Assembly (NCBI GenBank): GCA_964016885.1 | Contig: OZ024753.1 | Coordinates: 9,114,001-9,178,000, forward strand | Length of the DNA: 64,000 bases | DNA from: Eledone cirrhosa | Lineage: Eukaryota | Direction: 5' to 3' | Shown here: positions 24,405 through 37,244 of the stretch, one piece after another | Layout of the letters: each line of letters opens with the position of its first letter | How positions within the stretch are numbered: the stretch's first letter is position 1 | The notes under the pieces: generated by a model | What the model was told of the DNA's origin: nothing | Database searches by the model: none | The model's input: the letters and a program-made list of their open reading frames with translations, nothing else | Translations under genes and position numbers: made by a program

Positions 24405-26200
24405 ATAAAATGCCAGCAGACATGATATAACATTACTGATACATGATGAAATAGCAGCAGACATAATAAAATACCGGCAGACTTGATACCCCATTATTAA
24501 TACATAATAAAATACTGGCAGACTTGATACATTATTGCTGATACATGATGAAATACCAGCAGACTTGAACCCTCTTTACTGATACACAATGAAATACCAG
24601 CAGACTTGAAACCCCATTACTGAGACAAAATGAAATATCAGTAGACTTGATACCTCATTATTAATACATAATAAAATACCAGCAGATTTGATACCCCATT
24701 ATTAATACATAATATAATACCAGCAGATTTGATACTCCATTATTAATACATAATACAATACTGGCAGACTTGATACCCCATTATTAATACATAATAAAAT
24801 ACTGGCAGACTTGATACATTATTGCTGATACATGATGAAATACCAGCAGACTTGAACCCTCTTTACTGATACACAATGAAATACCAGCAGATTTGATACT
24901 CCATTATTAATACATAATAAAATACTGGCAGACTTGATACCCCATTATTAATACATAATAAAATACCAGCAGATTTGATACCCCATTATTAATACATAAT
25001 AAAATACCAGCAGATTTGATACCCCATTATTAATACATAATAAAATACCAGCAGATTTGATACCCCATTATTAATACATAATATAATACCAGCAGATTTG
25101 ATACTCCATTATTAATACATAATAAAATACTGGCAGACTTGATACCCCATTATTAATACATAATAAAATACTGGCAGACTTGATACATTATTGCTGATAC
25201 ATGATGAAATACCAGCAGACTTGAACCCTCTTTACTGATACACAATGAAATACCAGCAGACTTGAAACCCCATTACTGAGACAAAATGAAATATCAGTAG
25301 ACTTGATACCTCATTATTAATACATAATAAAATACCAGCAGATTTGATACCCCATTATTAATACATAATATAATACCAGCAGATTTGATACTCCATTATT
25401 AATACATAATAAAATACTGGCAGACTTGATACCCCATTATTAATACATAATAAAATACCAGCAGATTTGATACCCCATTATTGTGGATTGGCAGTATCGG
25501 TAGAGGGTCGGACGCCATGCTTTCCAGCATAGTTACGTCCCTTTACGATCTGAGTTCAAATCCCGCCGAGGTTGACTTTGCCTTTCATCCTTACGGGGTC
25601 GATAAAATAAAGTACCAGTAATGCACTGGGTAATTGCTGGCCTTGTGCCAAAAGTAGAAACAATTATTAATACATAATAAAATACCAGCAGATTTGATAC
25701 CCCATTATTAATACATAATAAAATACCAGCAGATTTGATACCCCATTATTAATACATAATAAAATACCAGCAGATTTGATACCCCATTATTAATACATAA
25801 TAAAATACCAGCAGATTTGATATCCCATTATTAATACATAATAAAATACCAGCAGATTTGATACCCCATTATTAATACATAATAAAATACCAGCAGATTT
25901 GATACTCCATTATTAATACAATAAAATACTGGCAGACTTGATACCCCATTATTAATACATAATAAAATACCAGCAGATTTGATACCCCATTATTAATACA
26001 TAATAAAATACCAGAAGATTTGATATCCCATTATTAATACATAATAAAATACCAGAAGATTTGATACCCCATTATTAATACATAATAAAATACCAGAAGA
26101 TTTGATACTCCATTATTAATACATAATAAAATACTGGCAGACTTGATATGTTATTACTGATACATGGTGAAATACCAGCAGACTTGAACCCTCATCACTG
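24405..26200. repeat. 41-bp satellite, about 39 units, interrupted by a SINE
   Basis: Unit AATACCAGCAGATTTGATACCCCATTATTAATACATAATAA; variant blocks recur near 24530, 24817 and 25186. Confidence 0.95.
25483..25668 (+). mobile_element. SINE family B inserted in the 41-bp satellite
   Basis: Full-length and CpG-retaining; ATTATT duplicated at 25477-25482 and 25663-25668. Confidence 0.92.
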
Positions 26201-27034
26201 ATCACCATCGTCACCATCATCACCATCACCATCATCATTATCATCATCATCATCATCAACATCACCATGATCATTATCACCATCATCATTTTACATCAAA
26301 TTTTCCATGTTGGCATGGGATGGATGGGACTGTTTGAGGCAATGTCATAGCCAGATGCCCGTCCTATTATGAACCTTTTTATTTGCTTCTTAGAAGACAC
26401 AGGGATATGAGAGATGCGGTGTACCTTGTACCTATTCTGAACTAGATATACACGGCCAATATTTCAAAATAGATTACTGAAGTTTCATTTCAAACTTTGG
26501 TTTAGATCAACACAAGGTTAAATATAATATTTTCACTCAGTTCTTCAGAGACATAACGAAAAAAACAACAACCACAACAGCAATAAAAAATAAACAAAAC
26601 AAACAAAAATCTGTGCTGCCTTTCATTGGCTGATTAAAAGGTTAAAAGCAACACAAGAAAATCTATTTTTAAACAAAATTGAAAATAAGGTATTGACATA
26701 TGTATGCTGTTACTCCTATCTCTGTCTAAGATATGAATCAAATAACCAGTGTCATATTTTCTCAGATTATTTCCCAAGAAACCGTTTCTCTATTAACAGG
26801 TCTGATTCCTTATTATTTCTTTTTATAATATAGTGTTTCTTCATTTATTTTTGTTTGTTTGAAAGTGTAAAATAATCTTACATTGTACGCCTCACTAAAA
26901 TTCAGAGCCAGTTTATAGACTTTTTTTTATTTTTAAGGTAAAAAAAATGTGTTGTGTTGAAAAATATGGAAATGTAATTCTCAAAAATTAATTTTCCTTT
27001 TTAAGAAATTCATTGTTTCAACAAGATTCACTGA

Positions 27035-27405
27035 TATTTTAGATCGCTTCATTTTGATTTTTACCTGTTTAATTAATCAAGGTAATAATAGTACATTTTA
27101 GATCGTTTCATTTTGATTTTTACCTGTTTAATTAATCCAGGTAATAATTTTAGATTTTAGTTAGTTTCATTTTGATTTTTACTTGTTTAATTAATCTAGG
27201 TAATAATAGTAAATTTTAGATTTTACATAGTTTTATTTTGATTTTTACCTGTTCATTTAATCCAGGTAATAATAGTACATATTAGATTCTAGCTAGTTTA
27301 ATTTAGATTTTTACCTGTTTAATTAATCTAGGTAATAATAGTACACTTTAGATCATTTCATTTTGATTTTTACCTGTTTAATTAATCCAGGTAATAATAG
27401 TACAC
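27035..27405. repeat. ~58-65 bp minisatellite, 6 copies
   Basis: TTTTAGATCGTTTCATTTTGATTTTTACCTGTTTAATTAATCCAGGTAATAATAGTACA variants. Confidence 0.9.
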
Positions 27406-27459
27406 ATTACATATGATCCTCATTATCATGAATGTTATTAGTGTTATTATTAGGGTCAA

Positions 27460-27650
27460 TGGATTGGCAGTATCAGTAGAGGGTCGGACGCTATGCTTTG
27501 CAGCACAGAATTATGGCCCTTTACATTCTGAGATCAAATCCCACTGAGGTCAACTTTGCCTTTCATCCTTACGGGGTCAATAAAATAAAGTACCAGTAAT
27601 ACACTGGGATAATTGCTGGCCTTGTGCCAAAAGCAGAAACAATTATTATT
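27460..27650 (+). mobile_element. SINE family B
   Basis: Homology to the copy at 25483. Confidence 0.88.
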
Positions 27651-27904
27651 AGGGTTGATAATAAAAGAATGCCAGAAGTCTCCACTGTTAATCAGCCCAT
27701 CTACTTCGGTGTCTAAACTATATGTTTTCACCTATATTGAGTTCCAGCAAGAGTGCTGGGGCACTGCCAATATATGACTCCAATATATTCCTTTTAATGT
27801 TTTATTGTTTTCCGGGATTTATTTTAACCTACAACATTTTCAACATATGGATTACATTGAGTTCTTCATGCAGACTAGACCCCACAACTTACCGTGGATA
27901 TCTC

Positions 27905-27936
<32 letters not shown>

Positions 27937-27938
<2 letters not shown>

Positions 27939-28340
27939 ATCATCATCAACGTTTAACGTCCATGTTCCACGCTTGCATGGGTTTGGACGGGGGTTTTCCC
28001 ACTTGAGGCAAGAGTGATTATCTTGCTCGCATAGGACTATCTGGCGGGTTTTCTACAGCTGGATGCCCTTCCTAACACCAACCACATTTACAGTGTGGGG
28101 CTGGGAGGTTTTTACCGTGTTGCCTACACGGCCACATTACAGCGTGGACTGTCTGGCGGGTTTTCTACAGCTCGATGCTCTTCCTAACACCAACCACATT
28201 TACAGTGTGGGGCTGGGAGGTTTTTACCGTGTTGCCTACACGGCCACATTACAGCGTGAACTGTGTGTTTTTTGTCGTGACACCTACACAATCTCATTTG
28301 TTTCGGCCTGGATGTTGTGGCACCAACATCACTTTACATT
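27937..28340 (-). mobile_element. RTE 3' UTR with 2 copies of the 112-bp unit
   Basis: Near-identical to 1369-1935; units start at about 28034 and 28146. Confidence 0.88.
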
Positions 28341-28357
28341 ATATATATATATATATC

Positions 28358-28599
28358 AATATCAATGATATTAATAAATGGAATCTATATTTATATAACC
28401 ATATTTATTCTATTATATATATTTCAAGGGTACCAAAAACTTTGGTATGCTCTCATCAGATAAAATACAAAATTTGTTTTATAAATAGTGACATATCCAG
28501 GAATCAGACCTTAACAGTTTTTGGTACCCTTGAAATATATATAATAGAATAAATATGGTTTTATAAATATAGTTTCCATTTATTAATATCATTGATATT
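28358..28599. mobile_element. Fold-back element with ~84-bp arms carrying a hammerhead
   Basis: Arms at 28358-28441 and 28516-28599; TA tracts on both sides. Confidence 0.85.
28406..28467 (-). ncRNA. Type I hammerhead motif
   Basis: TATTTTAT-CTGATGA-GAGCATACCAAA-GTT-TTTGGTACCCTT-GAAA-TATATA-TA-ATAGAATA. Confidence 0.75.
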
Positions 28600-28693
28600 A
28601 TACTCCAGAAAACCTGTTATAAATTATAAATATATTTGTTGAATTACCAACAAATTAAATATGTCTTTGCTTATATATATATATATATATATA

Positions 28694-29127
28694 CGATCAA
28701 AATTGATGGTAGTTACGGAGTAGGTAGACCCAGAAAAACCTGGGATGATCTGATAAATTTCGACCTCACACACTTGCATCTCTCTAAGACAATGTCTCTG
28801 GACCTCTTAACTAAATATACACCCCAATCCACTACCCCTACTCTATCCTCCCACTCCCACCAACAGCACGAGAAAATGAGATCGAGATCGTGTAGGTGTC
28901 ACGACAAAAAACACACACAGTCCACGCTGTAATGTGGCCGTGTAGGCAACACGGTAAAAAGTTCCCAGTTCCACACTGTAAATGTTGGTGTTAGGAAGGG
29001 CATCCAGCCGTAGAAAACCTGCCAGATAGTCCTATATGAGTGAGACACGGTCACCCGACCAACCTTGCATCAAGTGGGACAACTCCCGTCTAACCCATGC
29101 TAGCGTGGAAAATGATGAGATGATGAT
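28694..29127 (+). mobile_element. RTE LINE 3' fragment with internal deletions
   Basis: IKIDGSYGVGRPRKTWDDLI; 3' UTR matches the copy at 18797. Confidence 0.88.
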
Positions 29128-29131
29128 ATAT

Positions 29132-29327
29132 TCTTTTTTTCCTCTAAAAACATTTTTTACCATTTCGCCCTGCCCGCCCGTCCCTTCAATCTTTCTAATT
29201 CTTTCTTCTGATGAAGGACTAGCGTCTGAAACATTAAGACCCTCTTTCTGCTATTTCAAGTGTTAAACTAATATATTCCTTCCATATAGTCTACCGACTG
29301 TGTTGTTATTTTTGTTTACCTTTTTAC
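29132..29327 (+). mobile_element. Repeat family H1, hammerhead at 29204-29239
   Basis: TCTT-CTGATGA-AGGACTAGCGTCT-GAAAC-ATT-AAGA. Confidence 0.78.
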
Positions 29328-29419
29328 ACACACACACACATATATATTACTCTATTATCTGTTCCAGCTGACAGGCTGATGCCATGCTGGAGCACTGCCA
29401 TTATATATATATATATATA

Positions 29420-29603
29420 TTGGCAGTATCAGTAGAGGGTCGGACGCCATGCTTTGCAGCAAAGAGTTACGGCCCTTTATGGTCTGAGTTCAAATCCCGC
29501 GGAGGTCAACTCTGCCTTTCATCGTTACGGGGTCAATAAAATAAAGTACCAGTAATACATTGGGATAATTGCTGACCTTGTGTGCCAAAAGTAGAAACCA
29601 TTA
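29420..29603 (+). mobile_element. SINE family B
   Basis: Homology to other family B copies; sits in a (TA)n tract. Confidence 0.88.
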
Positions 29604-29799
29604 TATATATAAATATATATACTACTACTACAGATTAATATTGTTGAACTTTTCAGCCCACCCTCGAAGAACTAGCTGTTGGCCTTGTACATCCGGGGGG
29701 GGGGGGCTATATTAATGGCATTCAATCCCTATTCCCTGTGCCATGTTGCAAATTATGTTTCATTTTCTTTTATCTTATGTCATAGGTTTTTATTGTTGT

Positions 29800-31500
29800 A
29801 TGTGCTTTATATTCTATTTCAATAGTAATCAATTTTGAGGTGTTTATAGTGTCATGGTGAAGGTGTGTGGCTGATGTGGTTAGAGAATTGAATTTGCAAT
29901 CGTGAGGTTGTGAGTTCGATTCCTGGACCGATGTGCTTTATATTCTATTTCAATAGTAATCAATTTTGAGGTGTTTATAGTGTCATGGTGAAGGTGTGTG
30001 GCTGATGTGGTTAGAGAATTGAATTTGCAATCGTGAGGTTGTGAGTTCGATTCCTGGACCGATGTGCTTTATATTCTATTTCAATAGTAATCAATTTTGA
30101 GGTGTTTATAGTGTCATGGTGAAGGTGTGTGGCTGATGTGGTTAGAGAATTGAATTTGCAATCGTGAGGTTGTGAGTTCGATTCCTGGACCGATGTGCTT
30201 TATATTCTATTTCAATAGTAATCAATTTTGAGGTGTTTATAGTGTCATGGTGAAGGTGTGTGGCTGATGTGGTTAGAGAATTGAATTTGCAATCGTGAGG
30301 TTGTGAGTTCGATTCCTGGACCGATGTGCTTTATATTCTATTTCAATAGTAATCAATTTTGAGGTGTTTATAGTGTCATGGTGAAGGTGTGTGGCTGATG
30401 TGGTTAGAGAATTGAATTTGCAATCGTGAGGTTGTGAGTTCGATTCCTGGACCGATGTGCTTTATATTCTATTTCAATAGTAATCAATTTTGAGGTGTTT
30501 ATAGTGTCATGGTGAAGGTGTGTGGCTGATGTGGTTAGAGAATTGAATTTGCAATCGTGAGGTTGTGAGTTCGATTCCTGGACCGATGTGCTTTATATTC
30601 TATTTCAATAGTAATCAATTTTGAGGTGTTTATAGTGTCATGGTGAAGGTGTGTGGCTGATGTGGTTAGAGAATTGAATTTGCAATCGTGAGGTTGTGAG
30701 TTCGATTCCTGGACCGATGTGCTTTATATTCTATTTCAATAGTAATCAATTTTGAGGTGTTTATAGTGTCATGGTGAAGGTGTGTGGCTGATGTGGTTAG
30801 AGAATTGAATTTGCAATCGTGAGGTTGTGAGTTCGATTCCTGGACCGATGTGCTTTATATTCTATTTCAATAGTAATCAATTTTGAGGTGTTTATAGTGT
30901 CATGGTGAAGGTGTGTGGCTGATGTGGTTAGAGAATTGAATTTGCAATCGTGAGGTTGTGAGTTCGATTCCTGGACCGATGTGCTTTATATTCTATTTCA
31001 ATAGTAATCAATTTTGAGGTGTTTATAGTGTCATGGTGAAGGTGTGTGGCTGATGTGGTTAGAGAATTGAATTTGCAATCGTGAGGTTGTGAGTTCGATT
31101 CCTGGACCGATGTGCTTTATATTCTATTTTAATAGTAATCAATTTTGAGGTGTTTATAGTGTCATGGTGAAGGTGTGTGGCTGATGTGGTTAGAGAATTG
31201 AATTTGCAATCGTGAGGTTGTGAGTTCGATTCCTGGACCGATGTGCTTTATATTCTATTTCAATAGTAATCAATTTTGAGGTGTTTATAGTGTCATGGTG
31301 AAGGTGTGTGGCTGATGTGGTTAGAGAATTGAATTTGCAATCGTGAGGTTGTGAGTTCGATTCCTGGACCGATGTGCTTTATATTCTATTTCAATAGTAA
31401 TCAATTTTGAGGTGTTTATAGTGTCGTGGTGAAGGCGTGTGGCCGAGTGGTTAGAGAATTGAATTTGCAATCGTGAGGTTGTGAGTTCGATTCCTGGATA
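29800..31500 (+). repeat. 13 x 131-bp tandem array of a tRNA-like SINE head plus its upstream flank
   Basis: Units start at 29800, 29931, 30062 ... 31372; each has A-box-like TGGCTGATGTGG and B box GAGTTCGATTCC. Confidence 0.95.
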
Positions 31501-31630
31501 GAGCGAGTGTTATGTCCTCGGGCAAGACACTTTATTTCACGTTGCTCCTTCTACCTGGAGTTGCGACCGATAGATAGTATTAGCAATTGGAAAGACCAAT
31601 GAAAACATTGTTTCCTCAGTCTGATTTTAT
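31428..31630 (+). mobile_element. SINE (A-related head, distinct tail) that terminates the 131-bp array
   Basis: TGGCCGAGTGG and GTTCGATTCC, then GTCCTCGGGCAAGACACTTTATTTCAC; a decayed relative lies at about 56660-56850. Confidence 0.8.
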
Positions 31631-31714
31631 CTAGAACATAAAGGGCCGTAACTCTCTGCCTTGAATCGGGTTGTCTGGAGCTCTACCGATACTAACAATC
31701 AACCACACTCAATA

Positions 31715-32142
31715 ATAATAATTGTTTCTACTTTAGGCACAAGGCCAGCAAATTACCCAGTACATTACTGGTACTTTATTTTATCGACCCAGAAAGGATG
31801 AAAGGCAAAGTTAACCTCGGCGGGATTTGAACTCAGACCGTAAAGGGACGTAACTATATGCTGGAAAGCATGGCGTCCGACTCTCCACCGCCTTATAATC
31901 CACCACGCTCAATAATAATAATGGTTTCTTATATAGGCACAAGGCCAGCAATTATTTTTTGTGGGGGGGGGGGTAAAATTAAATTAAATCAACCCCCAGT
32001 GCATTACTGGTACTTTATTTTATCGACCCAGAAAGGATGAAAGGCAAAGCTAACCACGGCGGGATTTGAACTCAGAACATAAAGGGCCATAACTCCTATA
32101 GCGCAACGCATAGTGCCCGACACTCTACCGATACTGCCAATT
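31715..32142 (-). mobile_element. Two tandem SINE family B copies
   Basis: About 31715-31907 and 31912-32142, each starting on the + strand with an (AAT)n tail. Confidence 0.85.
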
Positions 32143-32404
32143 CAATAACGACAATAATATCAACAGCAACAAGAAAGACCGATAGCAGCAGTAGAGTAAG
32201 TTACCGACAAAGTACTAATTATTTCAGGTAATATTCCGGGATGGGTTTTTCATAGTTTCCGTTCTATGTTGTGGAGTTTAAAGTAAGATTGTGAATAATT
32301 TAGATGCCTGTCAGAATAGCTTCAATGGAGAATACATCAACCCAACACTATCTAGGCAATAAATTTCAATTCCACTCTTCCTAACATAGTATTTCAAGCT
32401 TTAC

Positions 32405-32666
32405 AATATATATATATATATATGTATGTATATATATATATGTATATATATATATGTATAAATGCATATATATATAATTACATATATGTATATATGTAAT
32501 TATATATGTGTATGTATGTATGTATGTATATTTTTGTGTGTGTGTATAAATATACATATATATATGGAGATATGCATATATATGTGTATGTATGTAAATA
32601 TATTTTTGTGTGTGTGTATATATACATATATATATGTATATATATCCATATATATGTGTATGTATG

Positions 32667-32702
<36 letters not shown>

Positions 32703-32759
32703 CATACATATATACATACATATACATATATGTATGTGTATAATATATATATATATATG

Positions 32760-32815
<56 letters not shown>

Positions 32816-32909
32816 TGTATGCATATATGTATATATATATATTTGGGTGTGTGTATATATACATATATATATATATATGTATATATGCATATATATGTGT
32901 ATGTAGGTG

Positions 32910-33003
<94 letters not shown>

Positions 33004-33270
33004 GGTTGGAAAAATTAAAATTTTAATTTAGTAAACTCTAAGTGGTTCATATTGTTGTTGTTGTTCTTAACCCTACTACTACTACAACTACTACTACTAT
33101 TACTACTATTAATATTACTACTATTGCAACTGCTGCTGCTGCTACTATCTCTACCACCATCATCATCACCAACATTATCCACAGTAGTAGTAGTAGTAGT
33201 AATAGTAGTATCATCATCATCCCCATCACCACCACCACCATCACCACGACCACCACCACAACCACCACCT
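32405..33270. repeat. Compound (TA)/(TG)/(GA)n microsatellite followed by (CTA)/(CAC)n
   Basis: Direct inspection. Confidence 0.95.
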
Positions 33271-33274
33271 GATA

Positions 33275-33871
33275 GGGAAAGCTACCTCATGGTACAACAA
33301 CCAGAGATACCAGAGTGTCATGTTTGTGGATGCTACCCCTGGAGGGAAATTAGCTAACCAGTGTAGAAAGGCCCTGAGAAAGACCCACTTAAAGATTAAA
33401 GTGGTAGAAAAGCCAGGAACTACCATAAAATCCCTGATCACCAAAACATACCCTTTTAAGAAAACCCCCTGTACTAATAGGAAATGTATTATATGTAAAG
33501 TAAACCCCCGGATAAACTGTTAAACTAGAAATGTAGTCTATAACATAAGATGTACAGAGGGTACTTGCAGAAACATGACAACATACATAGGCGAGACAGC
33601 TCGTAGCATAGGTGAAAGGATAGACCAACACTGGGGGGAACTAAAAGGACAAATAAACGGTTCAGTACTATATGAACACGCCAGACAGCAACACGAGGAT
33701 AACATAGACAACATAGAAATTAGAATAATATCTAAACATAGAAATGACCCAGAAGATAGGCAAATCAGAGAGGCCAGTGAAATAGAACTTAGAAGGCCAA
33801 AGCTAAACAGAAAAAATGAATGGAATAACAACAACACCCAAACAAACAATACTGACCTAAGAGAAATATAA
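33275..33871 (+). pseudogene. Penelope-like element C-terminus: Cys linker and GIY-YIG endonuclease
   Basis: One frame reads KATSWY..SVMFVDATPGGKLA...CTNRKCIIC...C*TRNVVYNIRCTEGTC...YIGETARSIGERIDQH...HARQQH...RQIREA..I...RPKLN; single TAA at 33521-33523 joins two track ORFs. Confidence 0.88.
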
Positions 33872-34069
33872 ATAAATAAATATATACACAAGCACAATAA
33901 CAACAAACACATATAAGCACACACTAGTAAACTAAGATAGAATACAATAACCAAAACACAGTCACCCAAACGCGAACACACACCAAACACTATACACACA
34001 TGCAAACGCATGCGCAGAGAAGACATAAATAAATAAATAGATAAACAGATGAAATAAAGATGGTGTAGA

Positions 34070-34457
34070 TATAATAATAATAATGAAATATTGTGTACAG
34101 TGCTCAGGTGCACTACAACTCATCAAAAGTGTATGTATAGTACATAGGATAATGTACAAACGTCAGGAAAATGAACAGTGCATGAGTCATGATATACACA
34201 TGTATGGAAGGGGACATCAGGTGTAGTTTTTGTGAATTTCGGGAAGCATGAGGATTTTAAGGGATGCAGTGTCTCGGCAGCTAACAACTGATGCAGGCAG
34301 TTTGTTCCATGCTTCAGCAACTCTAAGCGTGAAAAAATGTTTCTGAAAGTCATGGGAGCTGTGCTGTTTTCTGACTTTGTAGGCATGTCCACGTGTGTTA
34401 GACACATGGAGATCAAAAAGGTGCTCAGGGTTGTTGTTGGCGAGATGGTTACAATAC
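34070..34457 (-). mobile_element. 3' fragment of the CR1/L2-type LINE, same family as 41815-43950
   Basis: NTRGHAYKVRKQHSSHDFQKHFFTLRVAEAWNKLPASVV; same 3' UTR; (TTA)n-like tail. Confidence 0.9.
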
Positions 34458-34477
34458 AACAGGAGGAACATAATAGC

Positions 34478-34519
34478 ACCACTGACGATGTTGCAGATGT
34501 GCAACGAAAGAACTTTGTT
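34478..34519 (+). ncRNA. Hammerhead motif downstream of the Penelope ORF
   Basis: ACCA-CTGACGA-T-GTTGCA-GATG-TGCAAC-GAAAG-AA-CTT-TGTT; same strand as the GIY-YIG ORF. Confidence 0.65.
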
Positions 34520-34766
34520 AGACTATATATATGTGTTTATATTGTATATATATATATATGTGTGTTTATATTTTATATATATATATATATATGTGTGTTT
34601 ATATTATATCTGTATTTTTGACCGTTGGTCAGTCAATGGTAAACATTGAGGACCAAATGAATTAACTGATATAAAAGATACAGAAGCGAAAACCAACCAA
34701 ACAGTGAGTGTGTTCTGTTATTAATTCTGGCAATATTATTACAACAATATGACCCTCCCCAAGTAT

Positions 34767-34829
<63 letters not shown>

Positions 34830-34837
34830 TATATAAC

Positions 34838-35333
34838 ATCATCATCATCATCACCATTTAATGTCCATTTTTCCACACAAGCATGTGTTAGATAAGTTTC
34901 CTGTTGTGAGCAATGCCATGTCAGGTGACCATGTCTTGCTCATACAGAACCGATTTTGGTTTGATTTTTACAGCTGGATGCCCTTCATAACACCAACCTC
35001 ATTTCCAGTGAGTACTGGGTGCTTTTGTTGTGACACCTACCTGACCACTTTACAGTGTGAACTGTGCCTTCAAGGCTTCCATCAAATTTGAGTGTCCTGC
35101 ACCTTTTTATACAGCTGTCATCCTTCATACACATCACATGTCCATACCAATGCAATCTTCTCTCCTGCACACAACATCAGATCCCTCTTATGCTTAGTTT
35201 CTCTCTCAGTTCCTTTATGCTTTGCCGTTCACATATATTACTATTACTCATCCATTGGAGCATGCAAGCTTCATTTCTTTTCAATCTACGCAAGTCTTCT
35301 GCAGATAGTGTCCAGGTCTCACTACCATGTAAC
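34838..35333 (-). mobile_element. Decayed RTE LINE fragment
   Basis: QERRLHWYGHVMCMKDDSCIKRCR joined by a deletion to the 3' UTR. Confidence 0.88.
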
Positions 35334-35339
35334 ACTATA

Positions 35340-35487
35340 TATATTACATATACATATAATCATATATAACATATACATATATATATATACATACATATAT
35401 AATACATACATATATACATATTTACATATATAAGATTTACATATATAAGATTTACATATATAAGATATACATATATAATATATACAT

Positions 35488-35518
<31 letters not shown>

Positions 35519-35607
35519 CATATACACACACACATATATATATATATACATATATATATACACACACACACTCATATATATATATATATATACATATATA
35601 CACACAC

Positions 35608-35642
<35 letters not shown>

Positions 35643-35850
35643 CACACACACACATATATATATACACACACACACATATATATATATACACACACACATG
35701 TATATATATATACATATATATACATACACACACGCACACATATATATATATATATACATACACACACGCACACATATATATATATATATATATACATATA
35801 TATACACACACACACATATATATATATATATGCATACACACATATATTTC
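35340..35850. repeat. (TA)/(CA) compound microsatellite
   Basis: Direct inspection. Confidence 0.95.
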
Positions 35851-36464
35851 TGTATGTATGTGTGTCTATATATATACTTAATAATCATTAAGTATAAGAT
35901 AGAAACATTAACTAAATTTCCATGTTTTAAACAACACCATTGCTACGTTAAGTAGCTCTCGAAGTTCTATCTGTAGAATCTATATCTGTTTTTCCTTTCC
36001 ATGATATTGTAAATGCTATCAAAATCCTACAAACTTCTTTCTCCTTCTCATCATAGTTTCTAGTCTTTGTCTTATATTTGTTAGTTTTATCATGTTTCTA
36101 CAAACTCAAATATTTGAGTGCTTTGCATTATAAAATCATGAAATATATCAATATTCTATCTAAGTAGCTTGCTATATAGTTTGTGTACAAATATAATTTG
36201 GTTATTAATTAATACAACAAAAGTGCTCACATCTCCTATATTATTCAGTGTATTTATTTTTTAAACAGACCTAATTAATACTTGTGTATGAGAAACTATA
36301 TAATGTACATAAAAGACAGCCAAATTCCCACAATGTAAATATTTCAATAAAATGTAATCAATATGATCTCTCTATATATATTCAGTTCAAAATGTTTAAC
36401 TAAATGTCTTTTTTTTTATCATGTCTTTTTTTTAATCAATCATTTAACATGTCTTTTTTTTTAT

Positions 36465-36945
36465 CAATCCTTTTCCCATTCCTTCTTCTTTTCACTCTCT
36501 ATCTTTCACTTCTCATTCTCTCTTCTGATGAAGGACTAGGGTTTAAAACATTGACACTTTTCCTATTATTTCAAGCGTTAAACTAAAATATTTCTTCATT
36601 ATACTGTGCCGTTTGCTTTATTCATCATCATCATCATCACCGTTTTACGTGCGTTCTTCCACGCTAGCATGGGTTAGACGGGTTGTCCTGTTGTGGGCAG
36701 TGTCTGGTCGGCTGACCATGCCTTGCTCATACAGGAACTGATTTTGGCTTGATTTCTACAGCTGGATGCCCTTCCTAACACCAACCTCGTTTACAGTGAG
36801 TGCTGGGTGCTTTTTCGTGGCGCCTACACGTCCACTTTACAGTGTGGGCTGGGTGCTTTTTTGCCGTGGCACCTCCACGACCACCTTGCGGTGGGGGGGG
36901 GTGTGGGGGCATATTATTTCTGTTTATTTTTTACACGCAAACACA
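36465..36945 (+). mobile_element. Decayed H1 copy interrupted by an RTE 3' UTR
   Basis: TCTTCTGATGAAGGACTAGG near 36521; H1 sequence resumes (ATTATTTCTGTTTATTTTTTAC) after 36912. Confidence 0.7.
36622..36912 (-). mobile_element. RTE 3' UTR, nearly identical to 13571-13850
   Basis: Direct sequence match including the poly-G run. Confidence 0.9.
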
Positions 36946-37244
36946 TACCCATACACATTAATTTGAGTATGTGTAATTAATCACCGACACTTTAGAATGC
37001 AGGGTAGAACACTTGACACAGTGCACAGGTGGAGCTGTTTAGTCCAGTTATCACTAAAATTCATGTTTATATAACAACTACACACACTTCTTTAGTTACA
37101 TATACACATGCATATCCTCTTAGCTTCATACATATAATAACACACACAGACACACACGCACAAACGTATATACAAAATATGTTTTTTCCATCTCAGGTAG
37201 ACGTGCTACATCATCCACAAAACGCCAGCATCAACAGTTTTTCA

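Noticed and set aside
29800-31500. CRISPR array or tRNA gene cluster
   Set aside because: The units are identical end to end with no unique spacers and there are no cas genes. The tRNA-like part has no convincing acceptor stem, and the last unit continues into a SINE body.
33521-33523. Selenocysteine read-through in the Penelope ORF, as reported for some Naiad elements
   Set aside because: The stop is TAA, not TGA, and follows the Cys rather than replacing it; it is most simply a nonsense mutation.
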